A DNA stretch of 64,000 nt from an uncultured Chloroflexia bacterium (GCA_963696405.1 CAVOJY010000003.1:66407-130406), one strand, 5' to 3'. Positions 17,672-27,031 are shown, counted from the stretch's first letter. The notes: generated by a model not told the origin, from the sequence alone. Numbers and translations: made by a program.

Positions 17672-19008
17672 CCGCCGGTCACCCGGTCAACGAGCTGCTC
17701 GGCCAGCCCCGGCGCCGGTGCGGTGACGAGCCGGTCGACCTCGCCGGCCGGAAGGACGCCGCCGACGAGCGGATCCTCCACGAGGACGTCCCGCAGCGCC
17801 CGCCCGCTCTCGCGCGCCCGCACAGCGGCCGCGTGGACCCGCTCGTGGGCAGTCTGCTTGCCGATGAGCTGCGCGAGGGCGCCCATGACCGCCTCGGCTG
17901 CCACCTCCTGGTGCCTCGCGTCCAGGTTCCGTTTCATGGCGCCGGCATGGACCTCCAGCCCGTCGAGCAGGTCGCGCGCGAGGCCGAGCGCCGCGCCCGT
18001 GGCAACGCACGCGGACGGGATCGCCGCCCACTCGCTCTTCCAGCTGCGGCCGTCGCGCTCGTGGTCGCCGACGAGCGCCTCGAGCATGATGTCGGCGTCG
18101 CGGCGGACGATCCGGGCGAGCGTCCCCAGCTGTTCGCTGCGCTCGGGGTTCCGCTTCTGGGGCATGGTGATGCTGCCGACGTCCGCGCTTCTCGACGGTT
18201 CTGCCAGCTCGCCGATCTCCGGGCGCTGGAGGTTGTAGACCTCGTGACCGATCCGGTCGAGGGTGGCCGCCACCATCGCCAGCCAGACGACGAACTCGGC
18301 GAAACGGTCGCGCGAGACGGTCCAGCTGATGGCCGGAGCGGCGAGGCCCATGCGGTGCATGACCCGCTCCTGCAGCTCCAGACCGCGCGGTCCGTAGCCG
18401 GAGAGCGTCCCCACGCCGCCAGCGAGCTGCCCGACCGCGAGTCTCGGCCGCATCTGCCGGAGGCGCTCGCGGTGACGTCGGAGCTCGTCTGCCCACACGG
18501 CTGCCTTGTAGCCGAAAGTGATCGGCAGGCCGGGCTGGCCGTGTGTACGACCCACCATGGGAGTCGAGCGGTGCTCGCGGGCGAGGGCCACGGCGCGTTC
18601 CTCGATCGCCCCGAGATCACGCTCCGCGACGTCCGCGACCCGCAGGAGCGCGACCGCGAGCCACGTGTCGGTGATGTCCTGGACGGTCGCGCCGTAGCAG
18701 ACCCATTCGCCGGCGCCGCCGGCGCAGCGAGCCGCCATGGCTCGGATGAGGCCGAGGAGCGAGTGGCCGGTCGCCGCGTATCCGGCGCGGACCTCGTCGA
18801 GGTCGGCCGCCTCGCCGCGCATCACGCGCGCGATCTCGGCCGCGGCGTCGGCCGGGATGATTTCGAGGGCAGCCTCCTCCTCGGCCAGGACGGCCATGAC
18901 CTCGCACCAGCCGCGGGTGCGGCCCTCGTCCTCGAAGAGCGGCCGCAGCTCGTCGCTTCCCCAGGTGGGGCCGAAGATGTACGAGTCGACGGGGTGGACG
19001 GACGACAT
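17668..19008 (-). CDS. Class-II (aspartase/fumarase superfamily) lyase, adenylosuccinate lyase / 3-carboxymuconate cycloisomerase-like
   Basis: 446 aa with superfamily signature GSITMPQKRNPERSE. ATGA overlap with the downstream PLP enzyme. Confidence 0.85.
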   Translation of the reverse strand: MSSVHPVDSYIFGPTWGSDELRPLFEDEGRTRGWCEVMAVLAEEEAALEIIPADAAAEIARVMRGEAADLDEVRAGYAATGHSLLGLIRAMAARCAGGAGEWVCYGATVQDITDTWLAVALLRVADVAERDLGAIEERAVALAREHRSTPMVGRTHGQPGLPITFGYKAAVWADELRRHRERLRQMRPRLAVGQLAGGVGTLSGYGPRGLELQERVMHRMGLAAPAISWTVSRDRFAEFVVWLAMVAATLDRIGHEVYNLQRPEIGELAEPSRSADVGSITMPQKRNPERSEQLGTLARIVRRDADIMLEALVGDHERDGRSWKSEWAAIPSACVATGAALGLARDLLDGLEVHAGAMKRNLDARHQEVAAEAVMGALAQLIGKQTAHERVHAAAVRARESGRALRDVLVEDPLVGGVLPAGEVDRLVTAPAPGLAEQLVDRVTGG

Positions 19009-19038
19009 CGTCGGGCCCTCCCTTTCCGGGGCTTCCGT

Positions 19039-20595
19039 TCAGGTCTCGGTGTGCCGGGTGTCTTCGGCGGTTCCGGCGGTCCCCGCTCCGGCGATGGTGC
19101 GGGCCCGTGCCAGGAGCGCCTCCTCAGCGTGGCCGATCGCCGAGGTCCGGGTGTCGATCCAGCGCTGCTGCCGGCGGAGGTCCCGACGGCGGTCGGCGAC
19201 CATCGCGCGGACGGCCGCCGGCGCGGCGCCGCCGATGCCGGTCCGGCGGGCCACGGCCAGCTCCGGGTCCAGCGCCTCGCGGATGGCCGCGTCGTCCAGG
19301 CCGGCCGGTTCCCCGGCCACCTCGATCGCCGCCGCGTCGAGAGCGGCCGCGTCGATCCCGTCGATCTCGTTCCCCGCCTCGAGCGCCACCCGCACCGCCT
19401 GGGCCACCACCTTGTGGGCCGTCCCGAAGGGCATGACACCGCGGAGCATGATCTCCTCCGCCAGGTCGTTGCCCGCGAGGTAGCCCCGCGCAGCCGCCGC
19501 GGCCAGCTTCGCGCGGTCGAAGATGATGCCGCTCATGACCTCCGTCAGCAGCGCCGTGCCCTGCTCGGCCAGCTCGAGCGAATCGGGCACCTCGTCCTGG
19601 GCGTAGATCCGCGGGTCGGGCTGACCCGTCGCGGTCTTCGCCACCGCCGCCGCGCCCGCAAGGCGGCCGACAAGGCGCGCGGCAGCGCCGCGAACGAACA
19701 CGAGCGCGTAGGGGTTCTTCTTCTGGGGCATGGCCAGGCTGATCCGGCTCGTCCGGTCCGCGAGCTCGACGAAGCCGAACTCGCGGGTGTCCCAGGTGAG
19801 GAGGTCCTCGGCCAGCCGGTCGAGGGTCAGGCCCACGCTGGCCGCGAGCGCCGTCAGCTCGACCGCCAGGTCGGCCTGCCAGTTCGCGTCCCGGGCATGG
19901 ACGACCACCCCGTCGAACCCGAGCTGCCGGGCCAGCAGCTCGCGGTCCAGGACGATGGTGGCGCCGTTCGTGCAGCCCGCCCCCGCGGGACTCAGGTTTG
20001 CCCGGCCCCATGCCGACTGCAGCCGCTCGGCGTCCCGGGCGAGCGGGTAGACGTAGGCGAGCAGGGCGTGCGCCAGGCTCGACGGCTGCGCCGCCTGCCA
20101 GTACGTGTAGTCGACCGACAGCGTGGTGACGTGCCTGGCCGCGAGATCGACGAGCGCGCGCTGGAGCCGCTCCAGCCCCACCGCAAGGGCGAGGAGCCGG
20201 CGCCGCACGGCCAGGTGGTAGGCGACCACCGACGCCTCCCGCCGCGGCCGGCCCACGAGGAGGTACCCGGCATCCGGCCCGATCTGCCGGCGCAGCCATG
20301 CTTCACGGTTCATCACGAGATCGCCGCACGCGGGGTCGGCGAGGCCGCTCCCCGGATCCACCCCCGCCCCGTAAGGCTGGATCGAGCTGACGACCGCGTC
20401 GCGCAGCTCGAGGATGGCGCCCACCAGGCGCCGGCCCGGCTTGGGTGGGATGTACCCGCTCTCGATGAGCAGAAGCGTGTTGGCGAGATCGGCGAGCGCC
20501 AGCTCGGGCATCAGCGCAGGCGCCGCCAGGAGTTCGAGCCGGTACGCCGAGCGAACGAGCTCGGGCGAGGGACCCTCCATGAGCCGCCCGGTCAT
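19039..20595 (-). CDS. Argininosuccinate-lyase-like class-II lyase (paralog, not the housekeeping argH)
   Basis: Signature SLAMPQKKNPYAL. I take the start at ATG 20595, which overlaps the ComA stop (ATGA), not the longer ORF start at 20652. Confidence 0.8.
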   Translation of the reverse strand: MTGRLMEGPSPELVRSAYRLELLAAPALMPELALADLANTLLLIESGYIPPKPGRRLVGAILELRDAVVSSIQPYGAGVDPGSGLADPACGDLVMNREAWLRRQIGPDAGYLLVGRPRREASVVAYHLAVRRRLLALAVGLERLQRALVDLAARHVTTLSVDYTYWQAAQPSSLAHALLAYVYPLARDAERLQSAWGRANLSPAGAGCTNGATIVLDRELLARQLGFDGVVVHARDANWQADLAVELTALAASVGLTLDRLAEDLLTWDTREFGFVELADRTSRISLAMPQKKNPYALVFVRGAAARLVGRLAGAAAVAKTATGQPDPRIYAQDEVPDSLELAEQGTALLTEVMSGIIFDRAKLAAAAARGYLAGNDLAEEIMLRGVMPFGTAHKVVAQAVRVALEAGNEIDGIDAAALDAAAIEVAGEPAGLDDAAIREALDPELAVARRTGIGGAAPAAVRAMVADRRRDLRRQQRWIDTRTSAIGHAEEALLARARTIAGAGTAGTAEDTRHTET

Positions 20596-21462
20596 GGCGT
20601 GCCCGCGCCGCGCGGGGCGCCGTGCGGCGCTCCCGCGGGGATGTTCGCCCACTCGCCGCCCCGCCCCTCCAGTGCCGCGTGGAGCGTCTCGAAGCGGAGC
20701 CCGCGCCGGAGCGCCTCCACCGCCAGGATGTCGGCCGTGGGGATGTTCGCCAGGTTGACGTTCGGCCCGAACCGGAGGATGAGGTAGGACTGCTGGTCCT
20801 GGATGGGCGCCTCCCAGAGGATGCGCAACGGGTCGGCCACCGGCCCCACCAGGGCGTCGACCTTGCTCTCGACCACGTGGCCGGACGCATCGAACACGCC
20901 GGTGCCACGCCCGGACTCCCGGGCCTCGATGGTCACGAAGTCCGCCCCGAGCTCAAGGTCGACGAGGAGACGTTCGGCCATCTCTTCTGGTGACGGCTGG
21001 CGCTCGGGGTCCTTGCGTCCCACCTCCGTCACCACGTGCAGGCCGGCGTCCTGGGCCCGGCGGATCGCCTCGGCCCGGGCCTCGGCGGGCATGTCGATGG
21101 TGCCGTCGCTCACCTCGACCCCGGTGAAGCCAAGCTCACGGGCACGCGAGACGAACGCCGCGAGCCGCCCGGACGCCCAGGCCCCCTCGAGCAGCGTTCC
21201 ACCCGGGTAGACGAGCATCCCCGCGTCGACGAGGCGGGCGATCTTGCGGCGGAGAACCTCCAGCGCCGACCGTCGCCGTCGTGCCGAACCCGAACTTCAC
21301 GTGGTCGATCACCTGGCCCGCCATCTCCACGAGGTCGTCGGTGGCGTGGAGCCCGAGCCCCTTGTCGATGACCGCGGTGATCCCCGCGCGGCGGGGCTTG
21401 GCGGTGCGCGGGCCCAGGTAACAGTGGATCGCGTCGCCCCAGGCCGTCTCGTGGTCAGTCAT
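20592..21462 (-). pseudogene. comA: Phosphosulfolactate synthase (ComA family), split by a 1-nt frameshift (or a sequencing error)
   Basis: The N-terminal part (ORF 21136..21462) runs ...KPRRAGITAVIDKGLGLHATDDLVEMAGQVIDHVKFGFGT. The C-terminal part (ORF 20592..21218) runs MLVYPGGTLLEGA...GFTGVEVSDGTI...EVGRK. My retranslation shows the second frame already reads SALEVLRRKIARLVDAG upstream of the M, so the shift lies at about 21258-21285. Confidence 0.75.
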
Positions 21463-21520
21463 GCGGGTTCCACCTCATCCGGTCATGCTCGGGGCCCGCG
21501 TCGCGGCGGGCCACGCCGGC

Positions 21521-22390
21521 TCACGCCGGCCCTACCAGTTCCTTCAGGCCTTCCTCGACTTCTTCGAGGGTCGCGCCCCAGGGCACCGTGACCACGTTGC
21601 CGTCGCGCTGGATCCCCCGTTCGAGGAGGCAGCACTTCAGGAGCGTAAGCGTGTCACGGTGACCGGTGAGCCGCCGGGGGCAGATGTCCGCCGCCGGCGG
21701 TCGGTCCCCGTAGTGGTGCTCGTGGATCTGCAGGCTGCGCTCGCAGCCGACGAGCGTCCAGTCGGCGCGCGCGGGTCGCTCGTCGAGGAAGTGGACCGGC
21801 GCCCCCATGTCCTCGAAACCGGACGACCGGCAGGGGAAGAGGTACCCGTCCGGCTGCGGTTGGACACCGGCCGCGAGATCGCGCAGGTCGATCCGCTCGA
21901 GGCGCGGGACCATGGCCCCGATCGGGGCGACGGCGAGCACCCGCTGCACCTGGTCCCAGAGCTTCGGCGGCTCCGGTGGAGCCGCCTCGACGATGGTCAC
22001 CTCGAACGGCTCCGGATGGGCGATGAAGTTGACGTGCTCGTACCGCCCGACCACGACGAGCGCCTCGTCGGGTCCGAGCCCCAGCTCCAGCGCCTTCGCG
22101 AGCATGGCCGACGGGATCCCCGTGTCAACGTCATGGTCGGTGACCGACCGCGTCAGAGCGGGCGGGGAGAGCCACTCGGCGCGGATGATCGGCGAGAACA
22201 GCGGGACGCGGCTCTGCTTCTCGACCTCGGCCACGGCAATCCCCGGCCCGGCAGGCTCACGGTAGACGATGTAGTCGGTGTGCCGGTACGCCTCGCGCCC
22301 GACGATCGTGCGCAGGCCGTCGTCGGTGAGGGGGAAGTCGGCGGTCTGGTAGCTCACCCTCCGGTAGGGGAGGGGCACGAGGTTGCGCAT
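21521..22390 (-). CDS. Conserved hypothetical protein
   Basis: Start taken at MRNLVPLPYRR (ATG 22390, 16 nt after the upstream stop). Protein-like composition with several Cys (FPCRSSGF, LVGCERS, ICPRRL, LLKCCLLERG). No family recognised. Confidence 0.55.
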   Translation of the reverse strand: MRNLVPLPYRRVSYQTADFPLTDDGLRTIVGREAYRHTDYIVYREPAGPGIAVAEVEKQSRVPLFSPIIRAEWLSPPALTRSVTDHDVDTGIPSAMLAKALELGLGPDEALVVVGRYEHVNFIAHPEPFEVTIVEAAPPEPPKLWDQVQRVLAVAPIGAMVPRLERIDLRDLAAGVQPQPDGYLFPCRSSGFEDMGAPVHFLDERPARADWTLVGCERSLQIHEHHYGDRPPAADICPRRLTGHRDTLTLLKCCLLERGIQRDGNVVTVPWGATLEEVEEGLKELVGPA

Positions 22391-22406
22391 CGGTTCTCCG
22401 TCCTGC

Positions 22407-23276
22407 TCAGGCCGCGGCCGCGGGATCGGCTGCGCCCGGCCCGGCGGCGTTGGCGATCGTTCTGCGGGAGAGCAGGGCCCGCCCGCCGAGGACGACACCG
22501 GTCAGCATATCCCCGCCGGACGTTTCTCCGACGGCGAGCAGCGGTGCGATGTCGGGCGGACCGGCGGTCTCGCGGCGCAGCAGGGCTCCCAGCAGGCGGG
22601 CAAGCGGCGCGAAGACGTGGCCGCGCGCTGCCGCGTCGACCATCTGGGCGGCGAAGCGGGTGGTGCGAGGCATCGCGGCGTCCCGGAGCGCCGCCCGGAG
22701 CGCGCGGCCGTCTGCGAGGACCCCGGCGTGATCGCCCCATGCGCTGAAGGCGAGCGCCCCGGCCAGGAGGTCGTCTCCGGAGGGCGTGAGCCCGGGTCCG
22801 AGGCCGGCGAGCCGCTGCGCCGCCGCGGCTGCGGCGGCCGGGTCCCCGGAGGACAGGGCTTGCGTCAACGCCTGGAGGTCCCCGTCGCGCGCGACCGCGT
22901 GGATCCCGCGCGCACCCGCGCCGGCGCGCCGCGCGATGTCTGCGAGCTGTCGCAGCCGGCGCTCGACCTCGTCGGGCTCCGCGGCATCAGTGGCATCGAT
23001 CAGCGCGGGTCGCCAGGTGACGGCACCCCGCTCGTCCACGTCCGGCACGCCGTCCAGGGACCGGAGATCGCGGGGCGCCTCGGGACCGAGCCGCGCCGTG
23101 AAGGGTCCGTCGGCAAGGTCGTGTCGCACGAGCGACAGGAGCGCACCGTCAACCCCGGAGGCGAGGATGACGGCACGCTCGAAGCGAGCGTGGACAGACC
23201 AACCTTGAGAAGTTGTGAGCGGGGATCGGAGCAGCCGGGCCGCCTCCTCGTCCGCGCTGATGACGCGAAGCCTCAC
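22407..23276 (-). CDS. DUF2877 domain protein (YlbF/AllH-like)
   Basis: Motifs GLGPGLTPSGDDLLAGAL and LAVGETSGGDMLTGVVLG are typical of DUF2877. GTG start at 23276 is preceded by GGAGG with an 8-nt spacer. Confidence 0.7.
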   Translation of the reverse strand: MRLRVISADEEAARLLRSPLTTSQGWSVHARFERAVILASGVDGALLSLVRHDLADGPFTARLGPEAPRDLRSLDGVPDVDERGAVTWRPALIDATDAAEPDEVERRLRQLADIARRAGAGARGIHAVARDGDLQALTQALSSGDPAAAAAAAQRLAGLGPGLTPSGDDLLAGALAFSAWGDHAGVLADGRALRAALRDAAMPRTTRFAAQMVDAAARGHVFAPLARLLGALLRRETAGPPDIAPLLAVGETSGGDMLTGVVLGGRALLSRRTIANAAGPGAADPAAAA

Positions 23277-23331
23277 CGGTGGGGCCTCCGGCCGAGTGCG
23301 GGGTGAATCGCCGCGATGATAGCATCGGGCC

Positions 23332-24384
23332 GTGCCCGAACTGCCTTCCGGCCACGTTCTGCCCCCCCTGGCCGAGCTTGTCTCGCACCTGCGCGCGGCG
23401 CCGGCGTGGCAGCGGAAGCGCGACCTGGAGCTGCTGGGACAGGGGTTCGCCGCGACGCCTGGCACGCTTGACCGAGCCGTCCTCCGCAGTTTCGGGGAGG
23501 CGACACCCGTGGGTGCTCTGCCCCTGCCCGACGATATCGGGGACGACGCGGCTGCCATCGCGGAGGGCGACGGCTACCTGCTCCTCGCTGCCGAGGTGAT
23601 GTGGCCGCCCATGGTGGAGGCGGCGCCGGAGCTGGCGGGCGTGAATGCCGTGCTCGCGAACGTCAACGACATCTACGCGATGGGCGGGCGCCCCATCGCC
23701 CTCCTCGACACGGTCCTCGTCCCCGCGCTGGCGGATGCCACGGCGATCCTCGCGGGGATCGCCGCCGGCGCCGCACGCTACGGGATCCCGGTGGCCGGCG
23801 GCCACCTGACCGTCGGCGCCGCCTCGACCTCGCTCGCCGCCTTCATCGTGGGGCGTGCGAGCCGCCTGTTGTCGGGCAGCGCGGCCGCGCCCGGTGACGC
23901 GCTCCTGCTCCTCACCACCACCACCGGCCGCTTCCGGGATCCCTTCCCCTTCTGGGAGTGCTCGTTCGACCGGAGCGATGCGGAGCTCCGCGACGACCTC
24001 GACCTGCTGCCGCAGCTCGCGGAGGCGGGCCTCTGCGGAGCGGCGCGCGACGTGTCGATGCCGGGCGTCGTGGGCTCCGCTCTGCAGTTCCTCGAGGGCT
24101 CGCGCGTCGGAGCCGAGATTGACATCGGCGCGCTCCCGTTCCCCACGGAGGTGCGTGGACAGGAGCTGACCTGGCTCCTGTCGTTTCCGAGCTATGCGTT
24201 TCTGCTGGCTGCCGATGAAGCGAGCGTGGGCGAGATCTCCGCGCGCGCGGCGGCTCGCGGCCGCGCATGCCCCCGGATCGGCCGGGTGACCGCCGACCGC
24301 CGGGTCCACCTGCAGCTCGCGGGTGATCGCGCTCTCCTCTGGGATTTCGACCGCGAGCCGTTCACCGGCATCACCCGCCCGTAG
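23332..24384 (+). CDS. AIR-synthase-related (PurM/ThiL superfamily) protein, Sll0787 / MSMEG_0567 C-terminal-domain-like
   Basis: DDIGDDAAAI...LLAAEVMW...NVNDIYAMGGRPIALLD...GIPVAGGHLT. These are PurM-superfamily ATP-binding motifs. Neighbours are Nit1C-type genes. Confidence 0.8.
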   Translation: MPELPSGHVLPPLAELVSHLRAAPAWQRKRDLELLGQGFAATPGTLDRAVLRSFGEATPVGALPLPDDIGDDAAAIAEGDGYLLLAAEVMWPPMVEAAPELAGVNAVLANVNDIYAMGGRPIALLDTVLVPALADATAILAGIAAGAARYGIPVAGGHLTVGAASTSLAAFIVGRASRLLSGSAAAPGDALLLLTTTTGRFRDPFPFWECSFDRSDAELRDDLDLLPQLAEAGLCGAARDVSMPGVVGSALQFLEGSRVGAEIDIGALPFPTEVRGQELTWLLSFPSYAFLLAADEASVGEISARAAARGRACPRIGRVTADRRVHLQLAGDRALLWDFDREPFTGITRP

Positions 24385-24423
24385 CGCAGCAGGTCGGCTG
24401 TCGCACGCGGTCGGACGCCTCCG

Positions 24424-25149
24424 TCAGCCGTTTGCTGAGTGCTCCACAGGGGGCGGGCCGCCCGCGGCTGCAGCCTCGGCGATTCCCTCCGGCTCCTCGC
24501 TCCACCCCGGCCGCATGAGCTGGTGCGGCGTGCCGGCGTACTCGACCTCCTGGCCGATCCGCACCCAGCCGATGTGCTCGAACAGCTTGGCGTAGCGGCA
24601 CTGGATGTAGGCGAGGAACGTCTTCGCGCCGGTCGACCGCACGTGCTCCTCTGCCGCGCGCACGAGGGCCGGGGCAACCTTCAGCTTCGATGCCCGGAAC
24701 GCCTGGGATACGACCAGCCGGCCCCCGAACCACACGCCGTCCTCGCGCGCATAGCAGCGGACCGCACCGGCCACCTCGCCGGTCGGCTCGCAGATCGCCA
24801 CGAGGTGCATCGTCCGCGGGTCGCGGTCGTGGTCGTCGATGTCGCTCCCATCGAAGAGCCCCTGGTGGCGGACGAATGACGCCTCGCGGATGGCGTAGTG
24901 GGCGTCGAGTTCCTCGACGGTGGCGGCGATGCGGCAGACGAGCGAGCGCTCACTGCGAGGGCCGGCCACCACGGTGATCGATGAGGATGCGGCAGAGTGG
25001 CCGACTGTCCCGTCGCGGCCGACCGTCCCGTCACGGTTGTCTGTCGTCACTGCGATCCTTGCCTCCGCGATGGCCGTGGCCAGCTCGGTCGCGGGCGTGC
25101 GTTCCGTTGCCGGGTCCAAGAGGCAGGCAAGCATACAGGGGCCCGGCAC
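24424..25149 (-). CDS. GNAT N-acetyltransferase, MSMEG_0567/Sll0786 N-terminal-domain-like
   Basis: AHYAIREASFVRHQGLFDGSDIDDHD...HLVA...GAVRCY...WFGGRLVVSQAFR. GNAT core in a Nit1C-type context. Start uncertain; the N-terminal ~60 aa of the longest ORF may not be translated. Confidence 0.7.
   Translation of the reverse strand: MPGPCMLACLLDPATERTPATELATAIAEARIAVTTDNRDGTVGRDGTVGHSAASSSITVVAGPRSERSLVCRIAATVEELDAHYAIREASFVRHQGLFDGSDIDDHDRDPRTMHLVAICEPTGEVAGAVRCYAREDGVWFGGRLVVSQAFRASKLKVAPALVRAAEEHVRSTGAKTFLAYIQCRYAKLFEHIGWVRIGQEVEYAGTPHQLMRPGWSEEPEGIAEAAAAGGPPPVEHSANG
25002..25037 (-). repeat. Imperfect 2 x 18-bp tandem repeat (encodes RDGTVG RDGTVG if translated)
   Basis: ccgactgtcccgtcgcgg / ccgaccgtcccgtcacgg, two mismatches. 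Lies in the uncertain 5' part of the GNAT ORF. Confidence 0.8.
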
Positions 25150-25224
25150 CTTGCGGGCCGGGCCCCTGTTCTGGCTACGGTCCCGCTACCGCGGTCAGAC
25201 CGCGGCGCAGGCCTTGCCGGTCGA

Positions 25225-25794
25225 TCAGGACATGATCAGCCAGGTCGACCCTGTCGCGATCCGCAGGGCCGGGAGCAGGAACGTCCAGATGGACGTGAAG
25301 ATAAGGATCCAGCCCAGCCACTTCGCGTTGAACCTGCCATACACGGTCAGCCAGATCGCGCCGAAGGCGACGGTCCACACGAGCATGACGGACTGGAGCC
25401 AGAGATCCTTGTCGAACGCGGCGAAGCCGATGAACGGCAACGACCAGACGGCGATGACGATGCAGATGTTGGCGATCGGCTTCAGGTCGAGGCCGAACCA
25501 GGCGGTGAGCCCCAGCGCGGTGAAGAACACGGCGTACGCGGTCGCCAGCCCGGCGAGCGCGATCGCGGGGCCGCCCACGACGAACGACAGGTACGCGCAG
25601 GTCGCGAACGTCGCGAGACCAGCGATGAGGCTGATCACGCCGACCGTCTTGACCGGGTGGGCGCCGCCCTCGGCGGGCTCCGAGCCGAAGCCGGCAAAGA
25701 ACATGCCGTTCGCGAACGCGGCCAACCCGAGCGCGACGAATGCCATCGTCAGGGGCAGTGCGCCCTCAGCCGGCAAGAACGTCCAGATTGTCAC
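25225..25794 (-). CDS. Six-TM small membrane protein, AmiS/UreI-like (amide/urea channel family) candidate
   Basis: 189 aa, about 6 predicted TM helices, W/F/G-rich. Size and C-terminal pattern (WLTVYGRFNAKWLGWILIFTSIWTFLLPAL) resemble UreI/AmiS. Assignment is by resemblance only. Confidence 0.45.
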   Translation of the reverse strand: MTIWTFLPAEGALPLTMAFVALGLAAFANGMFFAGFGSEPAEGGAHPVKTVGVISLIAGLATFATCAYLSFVVGGPAIALAGLATAYAVFFTALGLTAWFGLDLKPIANICIVIAVWSLPFIGFAAFDKDLWLQSVMLVWTVAFGAIWLTVYGRFNAKWLGWILIFTSIWTFLLPALRIATGSTWLIMS

Positions 25795-25918
25795 GATGAT
25801 CCTCCCTCAGTAGGCCAATTCGGACGTCTCGCCGGGTTCGCCGGGCGGTCCCGCCGCCGGACGGGCCCTCCGCGGTTTCCGGCCAGATCGTCCTCCACTC
25901 CTCCAGTTGTTGCGAGGG

Positions 25919-27031
25919 CTACGCCGACCGCTCCCTCGCGAATGCCGGCAGAGCGCTGCAGGCTCCACACCGCACGCAGCCGGCCAACGTGTCGGTGTGA
26001 CGCACCCCTCGCCGCGCGAGCATCTCCTCCACCGCGCGGTAGATGCGGTCCATCACCTCGGGATCGGGCGCGGGTACATCCTCCATCTCCGTGCCCACGA
26101 TCGGGCGCAGCGGGACGACGAAGGGGTAGACGCCGATGTCCACGAGGCGCTGGCAACCCTCGATGATGGACTCGGGGCTTTCTCCGAGCCCCACGAGGAC
26201 GTAACTGCTGACCTGGTTCTTCCCGAAGATCTCGACGGCCTTGGCGAACGTCCGGAAGTACTGGTCGACGCTGACGCGGGCCTTCCCGGGGGTGATTCGC
26301 TCCCGGATGGCCTGGTCGAACGACTCGATGTGGATGCCGATGGAGTCGGCACCCGCCTCCCGGACCTCCCGCAGTACCTCGAGGTCGCTCGGGGGTTCGA
26401 ACTGGACCTCGATCGGCAGGTCGACAGCCGCCTTCACGGCACGTACGCAGCGAGCCATGTAGAGGGCGCCCTTGTCGGTCTCGTTGATGGTCCCCATGGT
26501 CATGGTGAAGTGCTTCACGCCGTCCAGGCGGACGGCCGCCTCAGCCACCTCGGCGAGGTGCTGCGGCTTCTTCACCGCGATCGTGTTCTGGTTGCCCAGG
26601 CTGATGCCGATGCCGCAGTACTTGCAGCGATCGGCTGGATCGTTCCAGCGGATGCACGTCTGAACGACGGTGGTCGCCAGGACGTCCGTTGCATGCAGCG
26701 TGGCGATGTGCCAGTAGGGCACGCCGTCCGCCGTGGTGAGGTCGTAGTAGCGCGGCCGTGCCGCGAACGACACGGGCGCGACCGGTGTCCCGTGGCGGGT
26801 GATGACGTAGCCGCCATCCGCCACGCGGACGGCAAACGGCGACGCTTCCACGAATTCGGCCATCGTGGGTACCGAGAACGGGACGCCTTCCAGGACGAAC
26901 GCCTTCGCGTCGGCCGGGCCGGCGCCGCCCCGGCGCCCCTGGCTTTCGGTGGGAACCTCGAGCCGGGCACCCTTCGACTGGAGCTCCACTACGAGCTCCT
27001 CGTAGTCGTGCTGGTTGCCCTGGTAGGCCAA
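25919..27031 (-). CDS. Radical SAM-like protein, MSMEG_0568/Sll0785 family candidate
   Basis: 370 aa, TIM-barrel-like pattern with Cys cluster C-x9-C-x2-C (CIRWNDPADRCKYC) and C-terminal CVRCGAC. Sits between Sll0783-like and GNAT genes, as in Nit1C clusters. Confidence 0.7.
   Translation of the reverse strand: MAYQGNQHDYEELVVELQSKGARLEVPTESQGRRGGAGPADAKAFVLEGVPFSVPTMAEFVEASPFAVRVADGGYVITRHGTPVAPVSFAARPRYYDLTTADGVPYWHIATLHATDVLATTVVQTCIRWNDPADRCKYCGIGISLGNQNTIAVKKPQHLAEVAEAAVRLDGVKHFTMTMGTINETDKGALYMARCVRAVKAAVDLPIEVQFEPPSDLEVLREVREAGADSIGIHIESFDQAIRERITPGKARVSVDQYFRTFAKAVEIFGKNQVSSYVLVGLGESPESIIEGCQRLVDIGVYPFVVPLRPIVGTEMEDVPAPDPEVMDRIYRAVEEMLARRGVRHTDTLAGCVRCGACSALPAFARERSA

Noticed and set aside
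17833-20787. 984-aa plus-strand ORF
   Set aside because: It is antisense to two class-II lyase genes that carry intact signature motifs. It has shadow-ORF composition.
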